In this document: positions 53,678 to 64,000 of the stretch, piece after piece
Layout of the letters: every line of letters begins with the position of its first letter
Position numbering within the stretch: the stretch's first letter is position 1
From: Euprymna scolopes
Taxonomy: Eukaryota
Assembly (NCBI GenBank): GCA_053919585.1
Contig: CM132788.1
Reading direction: 5' to 3' (one strand)
DNA length: 64,000 nt
Notes under the pieces: model-generated
Database searches by the model: none
Told to the model about the DNA's origin: nothing
What the model saw: the letters and a program-made list of their open reading frames with translations, nothing else
Program-made: the position numbers and the translations under genes

Positions 53678-54469
53678 CTCATATTATTTACTGTTTTATT
53701 ATTTCATGTATTATGTTTTTATTTGGTAGTGCATATGAAGCCTACTTTTGTGTTTGCTATATATATTTGCCATCTATTTATTCAATTAACTAATCATAGT
53801 TTCTATAGCCTTATATACTGATATGTGTTATTTTACTTCGTTTGTTTAATATTAACTAATGGTTATATGAAGCTTAAAGTACATGAAATATTTACAAAAA
53901 TATTACTTTAGCATATATTTCTAGTATTTGTTTTTTGTTGAAAATACTTCCAAGAGATTTTAAGTGCATTTTTGCAAGTCACCTATAGTAGTGTAATAGC
54001 TTTTAATTTGATATTGTATGCTAATAAAATAATCATTTTTGTGTAGTTCACATTTTACAAGTGTCCTTGAAAATTTTGGATTAAGAAGATTTTCTTGTAC
54101 TTTCCAGCTTCGTATTTATCTAAAATTTTGCAAATGTTTAATGACAGTGCAAGTTTTATACTATAGTTAAAAAACCTAATGTGTTTTTATTGTTACTTGT
54201 GGCTCACTCTTTCGAATATTGTCTGAGATAATATATTCTTTATATGGTATCTGTGTCTGTAAACATCCATTGAATTTTAATTATTTGTATTTTTTAAGAA
54301 AAAGGAATGTTTAGAAAGAAATACCACACCAGAAAATTCTAATCCGTAGATTAACAATATAAAATTGTGTCCTTGGATTGCAGGTGCATTGTCAACCTTA
54401 CAATTCCGTTCCCGAACAGTTTGGTGATTTTCTTTGTCATATGTACATTTTAAAACGTAAAATAATCTT

Positions 54470-55177
54470 TTTTTACATAGATATCACCAATTATAAAGCG
54501 CAGAGACCACTCGAGGATAAGAGTTAAAAATGTACAGTAGTCAATTAGAGAATATTGTAATCGTTAGTAATTGGGAATTCGGTAGATTATTTAACTTAAG
54601 TAGAACGGCTCATCAAGAACTTGTCTACGTTAGACTTGGAGACAATCACATTGTAGTCAGCTGGAAAGCAGGAAAACGGAAGTCAATTGCGCAGGCGTGC
54701 AATTCTAAGAAATAAGCTTTTTTCAGCGAATCTACGTTTATGTCTAGGCACATATAATGACCGAGGGAGAATAATTGATATTTTTTCAGCTAGACATGTG
54801 TTTCTTGTGAAACATTGGCAAGGAGGGGTCATAGATTGAAGCCCAGTCGAACACCTGCCATAAAATTATCAGTAAAGCAGATACAAACTCACAACATCAC
54901 TTCTGTGAGATAGAGGTTGCAGGGTAGAGAAAAGGGCATCTCTTACGAGGCTACGAACTCTATTTTGTACTCTATCAAGGAAAGATAATTCCTTTACAGC
55001 AGCTCCTGCCTAGATGTGCCAACAGTACTCCATCTTTGGATGTACCTGGCTCATACATATAGAGAATTGCATGAACAGTGAGATATCTACTGGATCGATA
55101 GAAGGATCCGAGCAGTTTTTCAGCGGCCTTAGCAACAGATTTGATCTACGTGTTCCATTTCAGATCTGGAGTAAAGG
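54470..55177 (-). mobile_element. CR1-group LINE family A, 3' fragment
   Basis: Colinear with 20-710 and 14113-14820. Confidence 0.9.
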
Positions 55178-56354
55178 TCGATAGATCCTCTTTTGTACAC
55201 GGTCACCGCTGTATTATTCTGTTTCCTTCTTGATTCAGTAGATTTATCTCGACATATAGTTAGGCATTTAATCATCCGTTAGCTTAATAACATTTCTTTA
55301 TCTCTATTATAAAGAGGTTGTTAGACAATATCCCTTTTCGCGTGATATCAACAATTTCCACTTATTTTCTCATCAGATTGCAATATTTCCTTTTCCAGGC
55401 CATTTCCTCTTTACCTAGCCCCGATTTAAGCAAGGGTTTTTACGCTCATATATTTTAAAGTTGGCTACAAATTCTCCAATATTCTTTCGGGAGATGTTAC
55501 TTCACATTATCCAATTTATCCTAAGGAATCTGGAGAGTCTTCACAGTTATTTACTAAATTTATATTAACATACGTGTATTAAGGTTTGTAACCAGGCGTA
55601 ACTATCTTTGTGTACTTGTAATTTTCTCTTTATTCTGGTAGATGTCTGAGTGTATTATGTTCGTTCTTTTTCTATTAAAACTTTAACATGTTTAACTTAA
55701 GTTGTCATTCATTAGTACGTTTCATTTATTTAATATTTTACTACATTACTAATTAGACATTCTCAAATGAATAAGTACTATTGATGAGTAATTAGTAAAA
55801 AATGTAGAGTTCTCTGTATTTTGACTGTCATCAATATTACTTAAATTCCAGTAGTTCCATGTAAATCGCCTGTCAAAAGATTCTCTTAACCAATTCTAAC
55901 TTCCAGCAGTCGTAAATATTTTTTCTAAAAAGTTTATTAGCAACCAGCCTCCACAGTGTTTTAATAAACTTCGGATGCCATATAATTGTATTTTGTCAGC
56001 TTTTGACATTTATTTGAACTGCCATGATTGTTTTGTATCTTATTACACGATATTAGCGCTTTCACTTGTCAAGGGAGTTCAAGTAAGATTAACTGTCTTA
56101 CATATTAGATTGGTGCAAAAAATTATGTTCTTTTGACGTATATATATTATAACTTATATATATTGTCTGGGCTGATTATTTAATTACAAACACATAAATT
56201 AATTCCGGGTATTCTCATAGTATCCACCTATCTTATCCAATCCCAGGTGACGCCACATATGTTGCTAGTATATATCTTTAACCTATCAAATTCGATACCG
56301 GGTGACACTGAGTATTTTGTTACTACTTGTTGTCCACTTATCTCATTCAAACCC

Positions 56355-56765
56355 GGGACTGACTTCATGCCCGCCAACCCACTATTAAAAATATACATGA
56401 AATAAAGTAATGTTTGAATCGTAACCTGTTTCAGCAATTTCTGGAACTGAGTTTATATCCCCAACCCGCTGCTAAAAATATATATGAAATAATGTAATGT
56501 CTAAATAGTAAATTGTTTTAGCCCTACCTCACTGTCATAAATATACATTAAATAAAGTAATGTTTAATGCGTAAACAGTTTCATCCATTTCCTGGACTGA
56601 TTTCATATCCCCCACACTACTGTTAAAAATATACATGGAATAAAGTAATGTTTAAATCGTAACCGGGTAAAGTAATTTCCGGGACTGAATTCATATCCCC
56701 GCTCCACTGTGTAAAATATATTGTAAATAAAGTAATGTTTAAATCATAAACTGTTTCAGCAACTT
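56355..56765. repeat. Minisatellite of about 88 bp, about 5 copies
   Basis: aaatatacatgaaataaagtaatgttt at about 56388, 56477, 56538, 56626, 56713. Confidence 0.9.
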
Positions 56766-57322
56766 TTCGAAATTAATACATATAAACATTAACACGGCTA
56801 GGGATCAGGCAACCATAGCTCCAATATGAATTTCTGAGTGTAGTGCCAGTCTCAGCATTCCAGTGACTTAAATACTCCCCTGTTTGGTCTTGATTAATTG
56901 GGGAGAAATCCTTCATTACTGATACAATTTTTATTTTTGTTACTGACCAGAATGCCCCTTTAGGTGAGCTAGATTCCCACCCCAATTTTTAACCGACCTC
57001 ATGCCCAATTCTGTCCTTATGGGGAGGCAAGTAAACAAAAAATAATAATCAGAAGGGACATTTTTCAATGCATCTTATAATTAATCAGAAGGGACATTTC
57101 CAGGGCATTTTGTAATTAAATCAGAAATTACTTTTCCTAGTTAATTTTGTAATATTAAAACTTTGTTACATTAAATATAGTACCTATTTACAATCTCTCC
57201 TCAGGGGACAGATTAAGGCACTAGGGTCGTTTTTTAACGTGGAGAAAAGGAACGAAAATTGTCTTAGTCGTAAAGGATTTTTCCTCCACTGAGAGAGAAC
57301 AAATTGAAATGTAGCATCTGAG

Positions 57323-57364
57323 GAACATATACTACACTTTGATCTAGGCCAAAAGGCCAAGAAG
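57323..57364 (-). pseudogene. U2: U2 snRNA 5' fragment (about 42 nt)
   Basis: Minus strand CTTCTtGGCCTTTTGGCctAGATCAAAGTGTAGTAtaTGTTC versus U2 CTTCTCGGCCTTTTGGCTAAGATCAAAGTGTAGTATCTGTTC; includes stem-loop I and the GUAGUA branch-pairing sequence. Confidence 0.88.
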
Positions 57365-58257
57365 AGCAAATCATTTTTGTTAGCTTTGCCGCAACAGCGA
57401 CACCAATTTTTTTTTTTTTTTTTTAATTTAAACGACCCGGATATAAGCGTGACACAAAAAAGAACACACGCGCTATCGTATTAATATATAGATTGCTAGT
57501 GTGAAAATACAATAACCTATTTTTCCTCAATTGCATCTTGAACAAGCGAATCTTTTTCTTTATAATATATCAAGGGCACTTGTAGTATTAAAAATAATAT
57601 GGTTAATACTATCGTAAAAGGTTCGGTTAGGATATAAACATTCTTTACAGTACAATCATGTTCCACCATTTTTCTGATGTTAAAATAGTCAGATGTGAAA
57701 TACAAGATAAGTAGGTTTTAAATTCTTGCGAAAATGAAATGTAGGTCTTTCAAAAATTTCGAAATTCTTCTGATGTTTCAGCATTGGCTTTTGCTTTATT
57801 TTCCCACGTTATCTGCGACGGTGACTTTACTGTGCTTTCTATAATAAAAAAAAAAAATAAAAAAAAAAACTATTTAGTGAAGATACGGAAAAACAAAAAA
57901 CAATACGACAATGCCTTAAGCTAAGCATAAGAAAATGCAATGTCGAAGTTAACGCGTTAGTAATATTGAACAAATTAGAATACATAAAAAAAGTATTTAA
58001 GATGCATGCCGGTATTGCAAAAGGAAAGAAATAGGGCAAATTACTTCATTTTAAAATTGAGTCAACATATATTCTTAGCAGTTACCTATTAAAGTTGCGC
58101 GTTTATCGATGAAAAATGTCTCAAAATAATAGTAAACTATAAAAATATTGCTATAAAGTTAATCGAACCTTTTTGAAACTTCGTAATTATGTCACCTTGA
58201 GAAACACAATTCTAATTGAACCTATGTATAGGAAACCTACATAAATATCATTTATAA

Positions 58258-58642
58258 ATTACTTTTCTCACACCTCTCATCATCCCTCACAGACTCTCTG
58301 CCTTCCAGAATCTGTTATGTCCCTCAAAAATTGTTGCCTGATTGATGCAAGATGGTCCAAAAGCAGTTTGAAACATTACATAGGTTTCTGTGGTATTTTT
58401 CGAAGTTGAAAACATATTTTCATTGCATATCGTTGTGTAAGATGTTCTTGCCTCCACCTTTCATTTTTGAAATTCACCAGTTGTAACAATCAGGCTTTAG
58501 TAGAGCGTATCCCGAGTCATGCTGTAGCTGTATACTAGAGTTTCATGTGTGTGCCGTAAGTGGGGTGGCCATGCGGATATTTCTGGAGACCTCTTAAATG
58601 CATGACTAACAGTGAAATTAAAATGTATAGACCACCCTCCTA
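58258..58642 (-). mobile_element. Mariner 5' fragment (decayed)
   Basis: RYAMKICF..TTETYVMFQTAFGPSCINQATIFE..EGRESVRDDERC, the mariner N-terminal HTH region. Confidence 0.8.
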
Positions 58643-59339
58643 TCCAACCTCACTATATGTGTTTTATGTTTGTGTAAATAAATTTTGATGTTGCATTGGT
58701 TTTCATGGTAATAAAAGAACACAATTAAAAAACAATTATATAACAAAATGTTTAAAGGTTTTTGATGAAACTGAATTGGGAATTTCAAAGAAAATCGGTA
58801 ATGTATCGGAATTGAGAAATAAGTGCAAATCGTCCCATCACTAATTCTAATTCAGGTAAATAATCATACACATCCATTTTTATATTAGTCTTTTAATAAA
58901 ACTATGAATATATAAAGAATTTAAACCTTAACATCTTTACCCTAAACATGAATTTTATTTTCATTTCAAAACTGTTCATTCTAAAATGTAAAAGAATGAA
59001 AACCAACTACATGACTGGACATTATAAAATATGTTGTCATATGTTTTATTAGTCCAGAAAGCAGTTATAGCTTTGTAAAAATGAAAAATGCTTCAAACAT
59101 ATCTTGTTGTAAATGAAAATTTATACCAGCAACAATATTTCAAACATGCATTAACATTGGATAAAATTATATTATACCTTCAAATAATGTGAAAAAAAAA
59201 CTTAAAGATACCCTGCTGTGACATAATAAGATGCAATTCAACAGCTAATACATTGAAACTTCATGATATGATCCATAGAACAATGTACACAGATTTGCTT
59301 CTAATAGTAAATAATTTTTAAAAAATCTTCAAATTTCAA

Positions 59340-60090
59340 ACACCTATAATCTCTAAACGTATATGGACAATGCAGGGAAGGGTAGAGTGGTAGCCCTAGA
59401 TACATCTACGGCTTTTTACAGGGTATGGCACGACGCCCTTCTCAGGAAAATCAGATGATATGTTATCACTGGAAGAATACATAGCGTAATTAAATCCTTC
59501 TTAAGAGAAGAATCAGATTGTCCTCGATAGTCACGCATTTAAACAATATGATATAAATGCGGGAGTACCTCAGGGGTCTATCTTTGAACCGTTATTTTTC
59601 CTAATATTCATAAATGACCTCCTTGATAAATTTTCTCTGAGATGAGTATATCTGCTAACGACACAGGTACGAGGGGGGAAAACAAATGAACACATATCTA
59701 AGCAATTGGTAGAAACACTAGAGGAATACCTCTAATCTGTAATGGAATGGGAACAGAAGTAAATGACCACATTCAATGCTGCCAAGACTTAGCTTGTTTA
59801 CTTCAATAATTACAAAATTGGCCACATTCAATGATGCAAAGAGTAAGCTTGTTTACTTCAATAATTACGAAAATACTTGTCTACCACCAATAATAATGGC
59901 AAAAATCACAAAACATTAAATGCGTCGGCCTATAATTCACAGGGAGCATGAGTTGGAACAGATATATTTTGAGCATTGCCAAGACTGCTGCAAAGAAGAG
60001 GGGCTTGTTCTACCGTGCTAGAAAACTAATTATGTCTGAAAGTATCATTTACCTCTATAAAGCTACCATTCACCTATGTATGGAGTAGTG
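59340..60090 (+). mobile_element. CR1-group LINE family B internal fragment
   Basis: Colinear with 46345-46935; GVPQGSI; tandem duplication of about 55 bp at 59768-59872. Confidence 0.88.
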
Positions 60091-60324
60091 CTGAGACGAT
60101 TTCAAATTTATTCCAATTCTGATTCAAGGAAAATGTTGATTAACGATTCCGATACCAAGTACGATTGCGATTACTATTCCCGTGGAATTGTTGTTTTGAA
60201 ATATACCATTATTAAAATCAATTTTTTTGTGTAGCGAAAAACGTCAGTACAGCGAAAAAGTGGAAATACAATTAAGGGAATTTCGAAAACGAGTTGATTG
60301 TTTTCGTAAAATTTATTTCATTGA

Positions 60325-60808
60325 AGAATTGGTTGATGGGCAAAAATCAAAGCCCCACAGTATTAATGCTTGAGTCCCTCAGGGGTCAATCCTGGAACCA
60401 ACTCTCTTCCCGATCTACATTAATGATCTCCCAAAATATATAGTTAAATCTTTGATGATGACGCGAACATCTATGGAAACACATAAAAAGCCGTAAATGA
60501 CAAAGTGGTATCTGATTTTCTCTCCTCGAATATTGAATGCGGTGTAGAGTGGGGGAAGAAGTGACTGGTTACTTTTAATGCATCTAAAACGAAGATCATA
60601 TCTTTATATCTTCAACGCTCTGATCCTTATCTGGTATCAATTGACATAGATTGTTCTTGTCTTGGGGAGGCTCCATGTTTTGACAAACTTCTGGGTTCGA
60701 CCTTTACTCCTGATCTGAAATGGAACACGTACATCAAGTGTGTTGCTAAGGTCGCTGGGAAAATGGTTGGATTCTTCTACCGCTCCAGAAGATATCTCAC
60801 TGCAGATG

Positions 60809-60878
<70 letters not shown>

Positions 60879-61452
60879 TACGTCCAAGGATTGAGTACCG
60901 TTGACACATCTGGATAGGACCTACTAAAAACCGAATATCATGCCTTGAAAGAGTACAAAATGGAATTCGTGGCATAGTGGGGGATGCCCTTTTCTCTTCC
61001 CTGCAGCTTCTCTCCCACAGAAGAGACGTTGCAAGCCTGTTTTTGTTTAATCGTTATTTTCGTGGCAATTGCTCGTCTTAGCTTCAATATCTGGTTCTTC
61101 CCTCGCAAATCTTTCACAATAAACACCGTCTTGCTGAAACCACTGTCAATACTTTTCCCCACTCTTTATCTGTGCCTAACTCCAAACGTAGATTCCATGA
61201 CAAAGCTGCTTTCTTAGAAGTACACGCATGTGGAACTCTCTTCCGTTTGCCTGTTTCCCACCAGACTACAACTTGGATGTCTTCAAATCCAAAATAAACA
61301 AACTCCTGGAGAATCGCCCCTTAAATAAGACCCTTTTTCAAATCTCCAATACTAACGATTACTAGGATGCGATCCCATTGATTACTGTACACTCAATAGC
61401 ACTTATCTCCGAGTGGCACCGGGCCTTGATAAGTGTTGACCACCATGTAAAA
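60325..61452 (+). mobile_element. CR1-group LINE family A, 3' third
   Basis: VPQGSIL..YINDL; family A 3' UTR ending catgtaaaa; (TA)n expansion at 60812-60877. Confidence 0.9.
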
Positions 61453-62746
61453 CAATATGGCTCAACCAGCAGAGCAAGTAAAATTGTGCCACCTTCTAAT
61501 ATATGTTATACATAGATATTGCAACATTTGGCACAGTGGATTTAACTAATTTTGAAGACTATGGCGTAAGTCATAATGCGTTGAACATCATAAAATATAT
61601 TTTTCTCCTGACAATTTCTTTTAATAAATTTAGTAAGGTTCCTTTCAAATGTCGAACTGCATCAACTAATCATCTGTGCCTAATTTCCTCAGTACTCCAC
61701 ACAAATCAGAAAGTGTTTCTCAACTTCAGCTTATCTTTTAAACTTTTTAACATGCAATTTTTTTTACTTTTTTAATATCATCCAAAATCAGAACAAGTAA
61801 CCTGCATGAGTAGGGGCTAATAAAATTGTCATCCATGTCGTATAATGTTTACAATTATGGTTACACGCAATGTGCAAATTCATTGCAAAAACGGTTGCGT
61901 ACTGAAACTGAACACTATAAACATAAATTAAACCATGCCTTTACTATTTTACCCGGCAAATGAATATATTTGAATATGTATTAACGATGATGATTGGAAT
62001 TGCTGTGCCAAATCAAAGCTGGTTATTTTCATTTCACAACTTTAAATATGGTGAAAACCAATGGTTATATCAATGTTGCATTTGTAAATAAATGTGTACT
62101 ATACGAATTATTTGAACTTATGCTAAATTTAAACAGTTTTCTTCTGCATTTTAATATTTGCATGTAATTTAATCCAAACCGTGCGTATAGACTTAATACA
62201 ATTGGTTTGTACATTATATTTTGTACATAAATAATGTAAATGATAATTAGTATATACTAATATTTCTAAAAATAGCTATGGAGTGGAATACACCTAGTAA
62301 AATCGTCACTAATATGTACTGTTTTGAAATCCTATTTTGTAACATTTATATAAGTTTACTATCTAAAGTTAATGGTCGTAATTGCTGCACCTCTTGATAT
62401 CAATTAACAGTAGGACGAGTGCCGTTACGCTGTTTATAATGGTCCTCCTTCGTTATTGCCTCTCGACAAATCGGCGGCAGAGCTATTGCAGACATCTTGA
62501 ATATAGTAAGACTGTTATTCGATTTAAGATTGCCGGTAATCCTCCTTCAATGTAGTGTTCAGTTTGACCGTGCGAGCATGAGCGTAGCGAGTCCAGGTAA
62601 CTCCATGTATATCGCGATCTAAATCTGAGGCTTAGCGCACGTACCTTGTTTTTCCAAGAACCGTTAACTAGGGTCGCGAGAAAGCTAATACGCGTCGTAC
62701 GCTTCATGCTGAGCTCCCTGAAGTGAGTTCTGTATGTGACACACCT

Positions 62747-63657
62747 ACCAGGTGCATTCAATAAGCTTCCAGAATTTTTTTCTCTATAGGTGATTTAATT
62801 GATAGTACACACATGAAACTCAAGTCTCATATGAAGTAATCTCCTCCGGCTAAAATGCAATTTTTTACGGTTCCAACAATTTCTAGAAGACACCATGCAA
62901 GTTATCCTGTATGAGCGTGTAAATGACCATCGTCACAAATTCTTTATCCACTTTATTTGTCTCATGAGTGCAACCTCTAAGGCTTTGTTTGAGCTTAAGG
63001 AATAAACTAAAATAACACGAGCAAAGATCAGGACAATATGTATGAGGAGGAACTGTCTTTCTGCTTATGACAATGTCTTTATTTCAGATTTTCTCTGAGC
63101 ACTCTTTGAACAAATTTCGTGCAAATCATTCGCATCTTCAATTCCTCGAAAAATGTGTATTAACTGTCTCTATAAGTACACGACGCCTTTTGTCCATTAA
63201 ACCATGTTTTTGGCCAATCAGCTCTGAAGTTTTGTTTTCCTTACTCTTTCTACACCTTTTATAATCTCCCTCACAATCTCCTTGGTTTCCCTGAATCTCT
63301 TGTATCACTGAAAAAATAATGTTCGATACATGAAAGACTGCCCCAAATGAGTCTGAAGAATTTACTCATTTTCTCTAGCATGTTTCCAAGTTTTAAAAAA
63401 TCATTTCATTATATATCATTTTTCTACAATATTCTTATTCCCAAAAAAACAGTTTAAAACTTAACCAGGTGTGGCAATCATGTTTTAGATGAGGGTATTT
63501 AAATACCAACTGTAGCCCATCGTTTGAACCTGAAATTATAAAAATAGGTCGGTTATATCCATAAGATGTGTTACAATATCATATAGAAATCAAGGGTCTA
63601 GGACAGTTTTAAATGCCTGTACAAAAAAGCCTTTGCACTTATTGCGGACACATCATA
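62747..63657 (-). mobile_element. Internally deleted, decayed mariner
   Basis: VPPHTYCPDL..FLKLKQSLRG..CILAGGDYF; degenerate TIRs (caataag..ttttt) at both ends; related to the 58.3-kb fragment. Confidence 0.75.
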
Positions 63658-63920
63658 TAAAACCTAGGATTGGATTGTTTCTAAGGGTTTTAACCCAGGT
63701 AAATTTGACCGCATTAGTTGTTGCTTACGATCGAATAAACACACCTTAATTTTACTTGGGTCAGGCGGATCGAACAAACAAGATCAGCATACACTGCCTG
63801 CGTCAATATAATGAGTCTGTCGAAGACAATAAGAAGGCTCTCCCGGCACAGGGAATAATTTCTTCGAAGGTTCTAGAATTTTCCAGGAAAAAAGTGAGTA
63901 ACACGTAACCGATACAGAGG

Positions 63921-63923
<3 letters not shown>

Positions 63924-63997
<74 letters not shown>
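63924..63997. repeat. (TA)n microsatellite
   Basis: Seen directly. Confidence 0.95.

Positions 63998-64000
<3 letters not shown>

Larger units (their letters stand above)
56200..57492 (-). mobile_element. Helitron-like element H5 (H2-related; 3' terminus not found)
   Basis: About 3 hairpin-GCTAGT units at 56200-56350; attaatatatagat 5' end at 57492. Confidence 0.55.

Noticed and set aside
62400-62745. GC/CpG-richer island with a 92-aa minus-strand ORF
   Set aside because: No motif, splice signals or repeat partner recognised; needs a database search

Overview
AT-rich invertebrate-animal genomic DNA (many (TA)n/(CA)n/(GA)n microsatellites, 4 assembly gaps). No host protein-coding gene is confidently recognisable; the window is a layered transposable-element landscape. 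It contains: a decayed Penelope-like element (RT + GIY-YIG, Naiad-like) preceded by an inverted copy of its own 3' end that carries a hammerhead ribozyme; a Gypsy pol remnant split by a near-full-length CR1-group LINE; about nine CR1-group LINE copies from two families; an RTE 3' fragment; a complete DD37D (maT) Tc1/mariner element; two decayed mariners; and five non-autonomous Helitron-like elements. The most unusual observations are: (i) a 4.3-kb Helitron built as a cassette of different satellite arrays, bracketed by tandem inverted copies of its own 3' hairpin-CTAG terminus, with a 78-bp MITE at an array junction; (ii) a sibling Helitron with a different satellite and a captured U2 snRNA 5' fragment; (iii) a non-coding hammerhead-ribozyme repeat family in three copies, two forming a head-to-head inverted pair between (TA)n tracts; (iv) an in-frame TGA at a probable Cys position of the Penelope endonuclease (possible selenocysteine codon). 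All calls come from reading and translating by eye; boundaries are approximate unless termini are quoted.
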